Shown piece after piece: positions 23,769 through 34,749 of a stretch of 64,000 nucleotides of DNA. The notes under the pieces were generated by a model. The model saw only the letters and a list, made by a program, of their open reading frames with translations. It had not been told where the DNA came from and did not search any database. The stretch's first letter is position 1. Each line of letters opens with the position of its first letter. Both the position numbers and the translations under genes were made by a program. Source of the stretch: a bacterium (lineage in GTDB: Bacteria > Electryoneota > Electryoneia > Electryoneales > Electryoneaceae); assembly GCA_963675295.2 (NCBI GenBank), contig CAXXKJ010000002.1, positions 4,475,757-4,539,756 of the forward strand. The letters run 5' to 3'.

Positions 23769-24563
23769 GGTGTCGCTGCCTTTCGTCTCTGTGCGGCGAA
23801 GGCCGCCAATGCGGATAAGCGCCGGAAGGGCGCACGTTCAATCCGTACGCACGATTGCGTACAGTTCATGGAAGGTCGATACGGGTGGGTGGGGGGAAGA
23901 AATGGTACAGTCAACACGTAAAAAAATCAGATCACATCGTCCCCTGGTTCGCACCTGGCGTTCCGCGGCCCCCGCTCCCATACCCCCAGGACCCGGTATG
24001 TCACGGACAGAGCCGTGACGTACTCGTACAGCTGTCGCCAATCTATCCGATTTACCCCCACCGATGCAAGGTTTGTTTGGAGTTGGGTGACCCGAACATT
24101 TGTCGGAATTCCTGACAACTTATAGCGTGGGCTAACATCCGCCGGAATGAAAGGAGCCCGGGCTTTTCCGCATGTGACAGTTCCGCACAAGGTGACCCCG
24201 TTCCAAGTATGTCAGGCTCGAATGGTTCTATCTCGGAGAGAACGGGGTTCATGCGCGAACGCGCGTCTCGCGTGGCTTGCAGTGCCCTCTGTGTTCGTTT
24301 CATCCGGTCACAAGATGCAACTTCAATCATTGTGAACATCCCTCGCCCGCCAGTCCTCCCTCTCGAGGAAAAACGTGAAATAGATTGCAATTTAGGCTTG
24401 CGCAAAGAAGCATGAACAATGCAACTTGTAAATGGAGTGGGGGTGCCAGACTGTCGCCCGGACCAAACTGGTAGAGGGTGATCGTGGCATCTATGTCTTC
24501 CCCCACCACCGCTCACTCTGATGGTCGTGTGACCCTCTGCCGTAGCATAGGAGGGATCGGATT

Positions 24564-25856
24564 ATGAGCGGAAATCGTGGAGTTGTTCTCATCATTGCAG
24601 TCCTCCTGTTGTTGCTTCTCCCCCAGGCACGAGCGGATGACATCCTCAATGTTGAGCTGGTTGGCACTCTGTCAATGAGCGACGCTCCGGGCAAGCTGCT
24701 CGGGATGGCGTACGACGGCAACGGGGTGGTGTACATCGCTGCGGATCATGCCGGCTTGATTGTGATGGACGTATCCGACCCGGAATGGCCTGTGGAGCTG
24801 GCCAATCTCGACATTGATTTCGACCTCACGGATGTCTGTGTCTGCGACAACTATGCCTTTGTCGCCCACGAATGCGGCCTCAGCGTAATCGACATTACTG
24901 ACCCCGCCAACCCGGATCTGCTCTCCACTCTGGACATTGAATCGGAGTCCTTCGGCCTTTGCCTTTGCGGCGAATACGGATACCTGGCGAATGAGGACTA
25001 TGGCCTGACAGTCGTTGACCTCATCGAGCCGGAGTATCCCGGCGTGGTAGTCCACCTCGACGACTGGGTCGGGGGAACGGATGCGCGGGTGGTGGATGAC
25101 TACCTGTACGTAGTCGCCTCCCCTTACCTGCGAGTGTTCGATCTGACCATGCCGGACATGCCGGATTGGGTTGCCGAAGCGGTTGCAATGATCTGGCCGC
25201 AACACCTCTGCGCGAGCGGGGACATGGTGTACCTGACAGGACATGTTCAGTATCCGTACCCGGACGGACTGGTCGTGGTCGATATCTCGAATCCGTCCGC
25301 TCCGCAGCAACGCGGGACGTACGAGGTGGACGAGATCACGTTCGACAACATCATTGCGGATACCGACGGCGAGTATGTCTATCTCAGCGCCGGGCAGAAC
25401 GGGATGCACGTGCTCGATGTGTCTGATCCGGACAATCCGGAAGCGGTTGGCTGGTACATCTACGATGATGACGACTGGAAATTCTACGGCCTGACGGTGG
25501 GCGACGGTTACATCTACGCGTGGCACGATTACAACTTCGCGGTCTACCACTTCAGCAGCGCTGCTGTTGCGGATCCGGAAGTCGGGATGCCGGTGACATT
25601 CACGCTTGCACCGGTGTATCCGAACCCGTTTAACGCCAATTGCCTGCTGAACTTTTCGTTGCCGACTCCCGCGCCGGTGACGCTGCGGGTGGTGGATTTG
25701 CATGGGCGTGAAGTGCAACGTCTGATCCATCGCACTCTACCTGCGGGTGAACACGGAGCAGCCTTCTCGGGCGCTGGACTGGCCAGCGGAACCTACTACG
25801 CGGTCCTGACCATGGGTGGAGAGTCAATCGTGCGTCCGATGACCTTGCTCAAGTAG
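24564..25856 (+). CDS. secreted LVIVD-repeat protein with T9SS-type C-terminal domain
   Basis: Signal peptide; GLIVMDVSDP/GLSVIDITDP/GLVVVDISNP repeats; VYPNPFN...MTLLK. Confidence 0.88.
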   Translation: MSGNRGVVLIIAVLLLLLLPQARADDILNVELVGTLSMSDAPGKLLGMAYDGNGVVYIAADHAGLIVMDVSDPEWPVELANLDIDFDLTDVCVCDNYAFVAHECGLSVIDITDPANPDLLSTLDIESESFGLCLCGEYGYLANEDYGLTVVDLIEPEYPGVVVHLDDWVGGTDARVVDDYLYVVASPYLRVFDLTMPDMPDWVAEAVAMIWPQHLCASGDMVYLTGHVQYPYPDGLVVVDISNPSAPQQRGTYEVDEITFDNIIADTDGEYVYLSAGQNGMHVLDVSDPDNPEAVGWYIYDDDDWKFYGLTVGDGYIYAWHDYNFAVYHFSSAAVADPEVGMPVTFTLAPVYPNPFNANCLLNFSLPTPAPVTLRVVDLHGREVQRLIHRTLPAGEHGAAFSGAGLASGTYYAVLTMGGESIVRPMTLLK

Positions 25857-25969
25857 CAATCAGCCTGCACAAATGAGGTGTGGACACGAATGACAGGGGT
25901 GTGGTCGTATGGTGCCGCGAGGCCGCCCGGACGGAGGGTGTTCGGGCGGCTGTCTCGTTGCGGCGGAGA

Positions 25970-28234
25970 TCATTTGAGTACGGTGATGCGCTGGGCGGAG
26001 GTGAAGCCGTCCCCGGTGGACAACCGCACGACATACAGGCCGCTGGCAAACGTGCCGGCGTCCATCGTGAGTTGATGCGAGCCGGGTGAGAAGGTTTGCC
26101 CATCCACCAATACATGCACCGACCGACCAAGGATATCGAACACAGACACGTTTAGCGTGCTCGCATGCGGCAAGTCGAAGCTGACGGTCGCGTGGCTGTT
26201 GAACGGGTTCGGGTAGACCGGACGCAGCCGGATCTGCCGTGGGGTCGACGCCTTGTGGCGCAAGGACTCGTCCACGCTGAGTGCGTCGGCTCGCATCAAG
26301 ACGCCCTGTGAACCGCCGGCGACGTACATCGTGCCGTCGGAGCTGACCCCGGCGATGCGCTCAGTGGTCGAGCCGGAGGTCGTGGCGAACACCTCCCACC
26401 AGTGATCACCAAGATCCGGACTGATCATCACCTGTTCCTCGTTCTGGCACAGCAGCCAGCCGTCCTGCATGTAATCAAGGAACGTGGTGTTGAACGGCAT
26501 GTCTATCTGCTGCGTAAAACCGGATACTGCACGATCATCGGTGTACAGTCCGTATCGATTTCCGCTTTCGGTGGCGACCGCGACCGCGCCGGGCCCGTCC
26601 GGCTGCGGCGAGTAGGACATCATGTCGTCACCGTCGTAGAACGGCTCGAAGGACTGGCCACTGTCAGTGCTTTCGTAGAGTTGCAGCGAGCTGGTCATGA
26701 TCACGCGATCCGTATCGGTGGGATCGAAGCACAGGTTCCCGAGGTAGTTGCCAAATCCCAGCGCACGTGCCCAGGTCTCTCCCCCGTCCGCGGTTCGGTA
26801 GACACCGGGCAGGACACCGATCGGGTTGGCGATGCAGACCATGGTATCCTGATCGACAGGGTGAAAGCCGAAATCGGTGGTATTCTGGAGTTCTTCCGCT
26901 TCCAGCCAGCTGCTGCCGCCGTCGTCGCTGAGCCAAGGGGTCGAGAGCGCCCAGGTCACAATCCGCCCGCCGTCATACGGGCTGATGCGGCTGGTCGCAA
27001 AGAAGGGTTCGAACGAGATGATGCTCCACGTCTGGCCGCGGTCATCGGTTTGCAGGATGCCACCGTTGATGGTGGCGTGCACGATGTCCGAGTCTGTCCG
27101 CGACACGGTCACCGCCTGCACTTCCGCGCCGCGGAAGCCATCCACGCTTGCGTTCCACGTTTCCCCGGCATCCAGCGATGACATGAACAGGTCGCGAAAG
27201 CGAATGTGGAAGTGGTCTGCGTTGTACGGGGAAACGGACAGGTCTTCAATGTCGATCGTGGGAAAGGTCAGCAACGGGTAACGGGCAGGATCATCGAGCG
27301 CAAGTTCCCAGGTCTGGCCGAGATCTTCGCTGAGGTACATGTTGTCCGGCGCGAAGACCAGGATCCTGCCGTCCGCCAGCACCATCGGCTGGATCAATTC
27401 GGACCCGCCCCACGGCCCGGTCAGCAGTCCAAAGTTCGCGCCGCCGTCATAGCTGACCAAACCGAACGTACCCTGCACCACCTCACCGACAGCGTACACG
27501 AGGCTCGGATCATCGGGATGGAAGTACACCTCCGGATGCATCTCCCAGTGCAACGCGCCGGGGGCTTGTGAACCCATCGGCTCCCAGGTTGCGCCACCAT
27601 CCATGGACCGCCACAAACAGTCGCCGTCGTCCATGTAGGGAGTGGTTTGGCGAACGGTGTAAAGGGTGTCTGATCGATCCGGGCGGAAAACGAGGCCGTT
27701 GAGATAGAGCGGCACGTTGTAGGTCACGTGATACATCAGCTCCCACGTATCGCCCTCATCCAGCGATTGGATCAGGCTGGATTGCGCGTCGGTGGAACGC
27801 AGCATGTACAGCGGGCCATCCGAACCGGGCGCGCGGTAGATCGAGCTCATGGTGGTGAAGCCGAGCGGGATGTCGGCGGAGGTCCAGGTCTGGCCGCCGT
27901 CGTAGCTTCGGCCCCAGGAATAGTTGTCGAGGGAATACAGCGTGTCTGGCGAAGTCGGATGCACTGCGAAGTCGCGGATCAGGGTCTGGGAGCGCAACCA
28001 GGTGAAGGACGAGCCGCCGTCCTCACTCACCATCAGCTGGTAGTTGCCACCAAACTGCGGCGCGAGTTCGCCGGTGGCGTACAGCCGGTTGTCATTGTGC
28101 GGTGTGAAGTACAGCCCTTCGACAGCGGCGGTGTTGGGTCCGATCGAGACCCAGTCCTGCGCCGTCGCGGGCAGAACCAGCGAGAGAACGGTGAGCAGAC
28201 ACAGGGTTGTCCGTGTGATTCTGCGTTGAGTCAT
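25970..28234 (-). CDS. secreted BNR/Asp-box repeat beta-propeller protein with T9SS-type C-terminal domain
   Basis: Signal peptide; many SxDGGxTW repeats; VYPNPFN...ITVLK. Confidence 0.88.
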   Translation of the reverse strand: MTQRRITRTTLCLLTVLSLVLPATAQDWVSIGPNTAAVEGLYFTPHNDNRLYATGELAPQFGGNYQLMVSEDGGSSFTWLRSQTLIRDFAVHPTSPDTLYSLDNYSWGRSYDGGQTWTSADIPLGFTTMSSIYRAPGSDGPLYMLRSTDAQSSLIQSLDEGDTWELMYHVTYNVPLYLNGLVFRPDRSDTLYTVRQTTPYMDDGDCLWRSMDGGATWEPMGSQAPGALHWEMHPEVYFHPDDPSLVYAVGEVVQGTFGLVSYDGGANFGLLTGPWGGSELIQPMVLADGRILVFAPDNMYLSEDLGQTWELALDDPARYPLLTFPTIDIEDLSVSPYNADHFHIRFRDLFMSSLDAGETWNASVDGFRGAEVQAVTVSRTDSDIVHATINGGILQTDDRGQTWSIISFEPFFATSRISPYDGGRIVTWALSTPWLSDDGGSSWLEAEELQNTTDFGFHPVDQDTMVCIANPIGVLPGVYRTADGGETWARALGFGNYLGNLCFDPTDTDRVIMTSSLQLYESTDSGQSFEPFYDGDDMMSYSPQPDGPGAVAVATESGNRYGLYTDDRAVSGFTQQIDMPFNTTFLDYMQDGWLLCQNEEQVMISPDLGDHWWEVFATTSGSTTERIAGVSSDGTMYVAGGSQGVLMRADALSVDESLRHKASTPRQIRLRPVYPNPFNSHATVSFDLPHASTLNVSVFDILGRSVHVLVDGQTFSPGSHQLTMDAGTFASGLYVVRLSTGDGFTSAQRITVLK

Positions 28235-28312
28235 GCGTCGCGCCTCCTTCCCCGGTTCGTCCCTGTGGGATAAGATAGCGCGGCCCGGACCCGGTATGCA
28301 CTCCGTTGCAGA

Positions 28313-30592
28313 CTATTTCACCAGCGTGACACGGATTGCACGGGTTGAACCCATCCTGTCCGAAGCACGGATCAGGTACACACCGCTGGCGGCGGCGGAT
28401 GCGTCCCAGACCAGCAGATGCCGTCCGGCCGGGTAGTGTTTCTGGTTTGCCAACATCGCCACCAGCCGTCCGAGTACGTCATACACCTGAACGTCCACCG
28501 CACCGGGCTGGGGGAGGTTGAAGGCGAACGAGGTCATCGCGTTGAACGGATTCGGGTATGCCGGTTCGAGCGAAAACTCGGCCGGGATGGTCGAGAAGGA
28601 GTCGGATTCGTCAACCGAGAGGCCGTTCGGCAGCATCCAGACACCGTTATACATCGTGCCGAGGTAGATCGTGCGGTTGGCGTGGACGGCGGCATTCACG
28701 ATGTCCTGATCAGCGTCGTAAAGCTCGGTCCATGTATCGCCCTGATCCTCGCTCAGGAAGAGCCGGAAGGTGTGGGCGATCGCCAGCAGGTCGCCATTCC
28801 AGGTGACTTGCAGATCGTACATCGCCCACGGGAGGCTGATTTCATCTCCCCACGTTCCGTTCCTGTCCGGCGAATAGTGACCAGAATAACTGTCGATGGA
28901 AAACATCGTCATCGCCTCGCCATCGGGCTGCAGGCTGATGGAGGTGTACGGATAGATGAAGGGATTTCCGATCTGGTCAAATGTCGCGCCGCCATCGGTA
29001 GATTTATACAGTTCGGTGTCGGCGTGCGCGAAAACGTGGTCATCGTGAATCGGGTCCGGCACTACGCGCACCGGTTGCTCATCGAGGTAGTCCGTCTCTT
29101 GCCAGTCTGTGAACAGGTCGTGTCCGTGGAAAACGGTGAGCTCCATCCCATCCGATCCAACCACGTATGCCGACCCCGTGGTATCCGGATGCAGGGCGAC
29201 ATCCACGAGATAGCCGGGCACATCCGGACAGTTCTGCCAGGTTTCGCCGCCGTCGTTGGAATACCGCAATGGCGTGTACAGGTTCAGGTCCCGGTACATC
29301 GACCAGCTGACGATGAAATCGGGGTCCTTCGGTTGCAGCAGGCCATGGATGTCGATGGCGGAATCAATCAGCCGCCAGCTTACTCCGCCATCATTGCTGA
29401 GATACAGGAAGCGATAGGCGTTCGCGAGCAGCGTCTGCGGGTCGGACTTGTTGACCTCGACGCTCACCGCATCCGGGCAGGAGAAACCCTCGGTGTTGAC
29501 CGACCATGTCGCGCCGGCGTCCAGCGACCGCAGGAACACATGCTCCCGCCTGGCGTAGATCCGGTCCAGATCGGCGGGATGCACGGTGAAATGGGACGTG
29601 AACAATTCGGTGAACTCGAGCGGGCTGGTGTCGAAACTCTGCACCTGCCACCAATCGGGGCCGGGGTAGTTTTGCGCGTACTGGCCGTCCCGGGTAATGA
29701 CGGTCAGGGTGCCGTCCGCAAGGAAGCTGGCGTGGTACTCAGCGTCTTCATCCCACGGGCCGGGGATCAGCTCCCACGGATAATCGAGATCGTCGTTCAT
29801 CAGGGTTTGTGAGAACCCGTTTTCAGCGCCGAATTCCAGGTACATCGTTCCCGGAAACACGGGATTGAACCTCAGGTCGTAGACATCGTAGAGCACAGGA
29901 TCGTACACCGATTCCCAGAATCCTTCCTGGAAATTGAACCTCATCAACAGGCGGCTGTCCGGTTCATCGTGGATGGCGTGTTTCAGGCCGAACAACCTGT
30001 TGGCATTGTTCGGGTCGAAACACATTTCGTAAAAATGGTTCATCAGCCAGTTGCCCGCGCCGTATTCCACGGTCCAGGTCAAACCGTGATCCTCGCTCTT
30101 GTACAGCCCGAAGCCGCGATCATGATCGTCATCACCCGCCATCAGGAACAGCGCGCCGTCATCGCCGGGCTGTTTTGTCAGGAAACGGCCATAGTCTGGG
30201 CCACCGTGATCGAACAGGTCGTACCCATCCCAAGTTTCCCCGGTGTTGGTGCTGATGAAGAATTCGTCCTCGCTGATCGCGTACAGGGTCGCCGGGTCAT
30301 TCTCGTCAAAGACCAGTTCGGTCAGGATTTCCAGCGGGTAGGACGTGGTGAACGAGACGCCGCCGTCATGGGAAACCATGGTCAGCCGTTCATTCGGATC
30401 GCTGCCGTCCAGTTGCCCCCGGACAAAGACCAGGTCCGGATCATGTGGCGAAGGCCAGAACTGGTGAACAGCGCCGGTGTACGGTCCGGCAAAGGTCCAG
30501 TCTTGCGCCAATCCGGAAAGGGGCAGACTGAGCAGAACAACCAGGAGGATCAATCGAACGACGGTGGGATGGGAGGCAGAATGGGCAGTCAT
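28313..30592 (-). CDS. secreted BNR/Asp-box repeat protein with T9SS-type C-terminal domain (paralog of 25970-28234)
   Basis: AQDW..GP start of mature protein as in the neighbour; SxDGGxxW repeats; AYPNPFN...VTLVK; start adjusted to MTAHSA. Confidence 0.88.
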   Translation of the reverse strand: MTAHSASHPTVVRLILLVVLLSLPLSGLAQDWTFAGPYTGAVHQFWPSPHDPDLVFVRGQLDGSDPNERLTMVSHDGGVSFTTSYPLEILTELVFDENDPATLYAISEDEFFISTNTGETWDGYDLFDHGGPDYGRFLTKQPGDDGALFLMAGDDDHDRGFGLYKSEDHGLTWTVEYGAGNWLMNHFYEMCFDPNNANRLFGLKHAIHDEPDSRLLMRFNFQEGFWESVYDPVLYDVYDLRFNPVFPGTMYLEFGAENGFSQTLMNDDLDYPWELIPGPWDEDAEYHASFLADGTLTVITRDGQYAQNYPGPDWWQVQSFDTSPLEFTELFTSHFTVHPADLDRIYARREHVFLRSLDAGATWSVNTEGFSCPDAVSVEVNKSDPQTLLANAYRFLYLSNDGGVSWRLIDSAIDIHGLLQPKDPDFIVSWSMYRDLNLYTPLRYSNDGGETWQNCPDVPGYLVDVALHPDTTGSAYVVGSDGMELTVFHGHDLFTDWQETDYLDEQPVRVVPDPIHDDHVFAHADTELYKSTDGGATFDQIGNPFIYPYTSISLQPDGEAMTMFSIDSYSGHYSPDRNGTWGDEISLPWAMYDLQVTWNGDLLAIAHTFRLFLSEDQGDTWTELYDADQDIVNAAVHANRTIYLGTMYNGVWMLPNGLSVDESDSFSTIPAEFSLEPAYPNPFNAMTSFAFNLPQPGAVDVQVYDVLGRLVAMLANQKHYPAGRHLLVWDASAAASGVYLIRASDRMGSTRAIRVTLVK

Positions 30593-30715
30593 CGAAACCC
30601 TCGGCGCTATTTGATAGTTGATGCCTGAACAACGTACACCGCGCGGAGGGTCAGGGTAAAGGATTTTGTTCATCCCGCTGCGTTTCAGACGAAGTGCGTC
30701 TCTCCGGACAAACAC

Positions 30716-30745
30716 AAAAACGCCCGGGTGCAACGACCCGGGCGT
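30716..30745 (-). terminator. rho-independent terminator downstream of the DtxR-family gene
   Basis: ACGCCCGGGT-cgttgc-ACCCGGGCGTTTTT on the minus strand. Confidence 0.75.
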
Positions 30746-30797
30746 GAGAGTGTCTCATCAACAACGGTGCCAGATGCTTATGCTGGCGGGCCGTCTG

Positions 30798-31490
30798 CTA
30801 GCTGGCGACGGAACCGGACCGATCCGGCTTCACCCAGATCAAGCGCGCAACGTCGCCGTCAATCTGGATTTCTCGGCGGCCGACACGCACGGACAGCTTG
30901 CCGTTGTTCGAGCCGGACAGACGCGTGACCGACGCGCCTGGATAGGCACCGATTTCACCGAGCACAGTCAACAGGTGACGGCTGCGGTTGTCGACACGAC
31001 CGACCTGTGCCTGCGATCCCTCTTCCAAGCGGGTGAGCGGCACCAGCTTGTGATCCGGCATATTTCCGTGTTCATCCGGAATCGGATCGCCGTGCGGATC
31101 GTAGCTCGGATGCCCAAGCTTGCGGTCGATGTGGTTGAGCAGACTGTCGCTGACCGTATGCTCGAGCTGCTGCACCTCTTCGTGCACTTCGTCCCACGAA
31201 TAATCGAGGAACCGCACGAGGAAGGTTTCGAGCAGCCGGTGACGGCGGACGAGATACACCGCGACGCGGCGTCCCTCTTCCGTCAGCTCCGGCGGACGGT
31301 AGCGCTGGTAGCGCACCCAGCCACGCTCGCTGAGACGGCGGAGCATGCCGGTGACGGACGGCGCCTTGACGCCGAACATCTTGGCCAATTGGCTCGAGCC
31401 GGCACGTTCGCCGCTGGACTCGAGACGGTACAGGGTCAGCAGATACTCTTCTGCTGACGAGGATACTTTCGGGTTACCATGAGTATGCAT
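30798..31490 (-). CDS. DtxR/MntR-family metal-dependent repressor with FeoA/SH3 domain
   Basis: EEYL, PSVTGML, RRHRLLETFL, HEEVQQLEH, DPHGDPIP. Confidence 0.92.
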   Translation of the reverse strand: MHTHGNPKVSSSAEEYLLTLYRLESSGERAGSSQLAKMFGVKAPSVTGMLRRLSERGWVRYQRYRPPELTEEGRRVAVYLVRRHRLLETFLVRFLDYSWDEVHEEVQQLEHTVSDSLLNHIDRKLGHPSYDPHGDPIPDEHGNMPDHKLVPLTRLEEGSQAQVGRVDNRSRHLLTVLGEIGAYPGASVTRLSGSNNGKLSVRVGRREIQIDGDVARLIWVKPDRSGSVAS

Positions 31491-31503
31491 AAAAGCCCCG
31501 TTC

Positions 31504-31575
31504 AAAGTTAGGCATGGCAAACTTAGTCATCCGAACTTTTTTAGCGCAAGCAAAAGTTTGGCTTCCCTTAAATTT
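31504..31575. promoter_or_regulatory. putative tandem DtxR/MntR operator boxes
   Basis: Imperfect AT-rich dyads AAGTTAGGCATGGCAAACTT, AAACTTAGTCATCCGAACTTT and AAAGTTTGGCTTCCCTTAAATTT just upstream of the regulator. Confidence 0.55.
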
Positions 31576-31671
31576 ACAGAGTCAGTCTCGACGGGTCTCG
31601 GGGATTGGATGCAACAAACACTTGGGCGTTGCCGTATGCTATCTTGAGGCCGCTTAACACGATCGGATTTC

Positions 31672-32964
31672 ATGTTTACCACGCTCGACCGCTATATCGT
31701 CCGCGAACACGTCGCGCCCTTTTTCATCAGCAACGCGTTGATCATGTTCATTTTTACACTGAACCTGGCGTTGCAGATGCTTGGCCGGATTGTCGGCAAG
31801 GGACTCGAGCCAATGCTGATCCTCGAGTTTTTCTGGCTCAACCTGGCGTGGATCCTGACGCTCTCGGTGCCAATGAGTGTGCTCGTGGCGTGCCTGATGG
31901 GCTTCGGGCGGCTGGCGGGCGACCATGAAATCATCGCGATGAAGGCGGCGGGTGTTGGCATCAACCGGATGATCCGTCCGGTGCTGATCATGGGGATTCT
32001 GGTCGGCGCGTTCTCGCTCTACTTCCAGGACCAGATTCTGCCGGACATGAATTACCGCAACAAGCTGCTGACGACCTCGATCAAGCGCAAGCAGCCGAAT
32101 GTGGTGATCCGGGAAGGCACGTTCACCCGTGACATTCCGAAGCAGACGTTGCTGGTCAAGGACATGGACCCGGAAACCGAGCTGCTGACCGATGTGACCA
32201 TCTTTGACGAGTCCAACCAGAACCAGCCGACGACGATCCTCGCCCAGCAAGGGTACATGAACTATGTCGACAGCCTCGGCATGTACCACCTGAAATTGTA
32301 TCACGGCGAGATTCACCAGACCGAGCGTCAGAATCCGGAATCCTACCAGATCATGGAGTTCGGGGAGGCGTTATTCCGCACCGAGGACACCGACCAGTTG
32401 CTGCAGCGGCGTGAGGGCGGCTATCGCGGCGATCGTGAGTTGAGCCTCTCCGGGTTGATGGAACGGGTGGACGAACTCAAGGAGCGGCCTGATCCGGAAC
32501 GGTATGTCCGTCAGATCAACCGCTACCTCGTTGAATACCACAAGAAATGGTCGATCAGTTTCGCAGCAATTGTGTTTGTGCTGATCGGGGCACCGTTGGG
32601 GATCAAGCTGACGCACGGCGGGCTCGGTGTGTCCGGTCCGCTCAGTGTCGTTTTCTTCCTGATGTACTGGACATTCCTGATCGGCGGTGAGGACATGGCC
32701 GATCGTGGACTCGTTGCGCCGTGGCTGGCGATGTGGGCGCCGAACTTCCTGCTCGGCGCGTTGGGCTGGTTCCTGATCCGGCTGGAGACGAAGGCGCATT
32801 CGGCGATCCGCTTCCCGTGGCAACGGAAACGGGCGACGGATGAGCATCCGGACACGTGGACAGACCTCTCACGGGAACAGATCGAGCGCATGGCGGCGGA
32901 AGAGGCCGCGCGTCAGCAAACCGGCGACGAACCGGATAGCGAACGTTCGCGGGAGGGTGGCTGA
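31672..32964 (+). CDS. lptF: LPS export ABC transporter permease LptF
   Basis: LDRYI, GRLAGDHEIIAMKAAG, EYHKKWS, AMWAPN; paired with a paralog. Confidence 0.85.
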   Translation: MFTTLDRYIVREHVAPFFISNALIMFIFTLNLALQMLGRIVGKGLEPMLILEFFWLNLAWILTLSVPMSVLVACLMGFGRLAGDHEIIAMKAAGVGINRMIRPVLIMGILVGAFSLYFQDQILPDMNYRNKLLTTSIKRKQPNVVIREGTFTRDIPKQTLLVKDMDPETELLTDVTIFDESNQNQPTTILAQQGYMNYVDSLGMYHLKLYHGEIHQTERQNPESYQIMEFGEALFRTEDTDQLLQRREGGYRGDRELSLSGLMERVDELKERPDPERYVRQINRYLVEYHKKWSISFAAIVFVLIGAPLGIKLTHGGLGVSGPLSVVFFLMYWTFLIGGEDMADRGLVAPWLAMWAPNFLLGALGWFLIRLETKAHSAIRFPWQRKRATDEHPDTWTDLSREQIERMAAEEAARQQTGDEPDSERSREGG

Positions 32965-34037
32965 TGGCGATCCTCGACCGTTACGTGGCGAAACGTTTCC
33001 TGACGTTCTTTTTCTTCGCGGTGCTGGCGTCCCTCGCGATCTACCTGATCATCGACCCGATCGAGAACCTCGACAAGTTCCTTGATAAGGACGTGCCATG
33101 GTCGGAGATCGGCCGCTATTACCTGCTGTACGTCCCGTTTATCGTCTATCAGATCTACCCTGTCGCGATGTTGCTCGGTACGATGTTCTGCATCGGCGGG
33201 CTGACGACGACCAACGAGCTGATGGCGATGACGGCGTCTGGAGTGCCGCTACGGCGTCACCTGATGTTGCTGACCACGATGGCGTTTGTGCTCTCGGCGT
33301 TCATGTTCTGGTGGGGCGAAACGATTGTCCCCGAGATGAACCGTGAGCGACTCAAGATCTGGCGTGAACAGGTCCGGATGCAGGAAGACTGGCGGCTGAC
33401 GAACCAGGGGCAGGTGTACCTGCAGGACCAGCCGGGACGTGTGCTGCATCTCGACCTCTATCAGCCGGCGAAGGAGACCGGTTACGGCGTTGACCTGTAC
33501 GAGTTCGAGGCCGGTGCGATCCAGCTTCGGATCAACGCACGCTCGATGTCGTGGAAAAATGATCACTGGGTGCTGCACAATGTGGTGGTGCGCACTTTCG
33601 GCCCCGAAGGCGAACGGGTCAGCGAGGAGGAGCAGCGGTCGATTGAGCTGAACGTCATCCCCTCCGACATGGTCGAGCTGCAGGTTGAACCGGAAGAGAT
33701 GAGCATGGAGGAACTGATCCGTTTCGCGGAACGGATCGAATCCACCGGCGGCACCGCGACTCGGTGGCGGGTGGACATTTATTCGAAGGTGGCGTTGCCG
33801 TTCGCCGGGGTGATCATTGTGCTGTTCGGCGTGCCGGTGAGCGCGGTACGGCGACGATCCGGGGTGATCTTCGGGGTGATGATCTCGTTGCTGATCAGCT
33901 TTATTTTCTTCGGCATCATGCAGATGGGCAAGGTGTTCGGCTACAAGGAAATGATCGACCCATTCATTGCATCGTGGATGGGGAACATCCTCTTCTTCTT
34001 CATCGGGATTTTCCTGTACTATCGCGCGCCGAGATAG
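32964..34037 (+). CDS. lptG: LPS export ABC transporter permease LptG
   Basis: ILDRYV, NELMAMTASG, KVALPF, ASWMGN. Confidence 0.85.
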   Translation: MAILDRYVAKRFLTFFFFAVLASLAIYLIIDPIENLDKFLDKDVPWSEIGRYYLLYVPFIVYQIYPVAMLLGTMFCIGGLTTTNELMAMTASGVPLRRHLMLLTTMAFVLSAFMFWWGETIVPEMNRERLKIWREQVRMQEDWRLTNQGQVYLQDQPGRVLHLDLYQPAKETGYGVDLYEFEAGAIQLRINARSMSWKNDHWVLHNVVVRTFGPEGERVSEEEQRSIELNVIPSDMVELQVEPEEMSMEELIRFAERIESTGGTATRWRVDIYSKVALPFAGVIIVLFGVPVSAVRRRSGVIFGVMISLLISFIFFGIMQMGKVFGYKEMIDPFIASWMGNILFFFIGIFLYYRAPR

Positions 34038-34200
34038 GCTAGTACTGAAGTACAAAGTCGAAAGCACAGAGTCGAAAAAACAATTCCGTCTGAGAAGTGG
34101 CCGTGTTTGCTTGCAAACGCGGCCGAGCCGAATCCAAGCGGATTATCCGCGTCCGCGAGCGGACACGGGCACGTGCAAGGCTGACCAAACGAGTGGAAGC

Positions 34201-34743
34201 ATGAAGTTCCTTCCGACAGAGATTCCGGATGTGATTGAGATCGTAACGGATGTGTTCGGCGACGAGCGCGGGTATTTCCTTGAAACGTTCCAGCAGGAAC
34301 GCTACGCCGCTGGCGGGATCGATCTGCCGTTTGTGCAGGACAACGAAAGCCGTTCACGCCGGGGTGTGTTGCGCGGGCTGCATTTCCAAAAGACCAAGCC
34401 GCAAGGCAAACTGGTACGTGTGATCGAGGGCGAAGTGTTCGACGTCGCGGTGGACATCCGTCGGGACTCGCCGTCGTTCGGCCAGTGGGTCGGACGCACA
34501 CTCAGCGCCGAACGCAAGAACCAGCTGTGGGTGCCGCCGGGTTTCGCGCACGGGTTCCTCGTGCTGAGTGAGACCTGCGTGTTTTCGTACAAGTGCACCG
34601 ACTATTACGACCAGAGCGATGACCGTGGCGTGCTGTGGAATGATCCGGCGATCGGCATCGAGTGGCCGGTGGAGGGGATGCAGCTGCTGCTCAGCGACAA
34701 GGATCGTCAGCAGCCGTTGCTGAAGGACGCGGATTTGCTTTGA
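34201..34743 (+). CDS. rfbC: dTDP-4-dehydrorhamnose 3,5-epimerase
   Basis: FGDERGYF, QDNESRS, VLRGLHFQ, DVAVDIR, GFAHGF, LSDKD. Confidence 0.96.
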   Translation: MKFLPTEIPDVIEIVTDVFGDERGYFLETFQQERYAAGGIDLPFVQDNESRSRRGVLRGLHFQKTKPQGKLVRVIEGEVFDVAVDIRRDSPSFGQWVGRTLSAERKNQLWVPPGFAHGFLVLSETCVFSYKCTDYYDQSDDRGVLWNDPAIGIEWPVEGMQLLLSDKDRQQPLLKDADLL

Positions 34744-34749
34744 AAAGAA

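Noticed and set aside
23770-24560. Long intergenic region upstream of actA with a hairpin (24194-24250) and TGTGA half-sites
   Set aside because: No properly spaced CRP/FNR/Rex dyad or recognisable RNA family; the short ORFs lack support.
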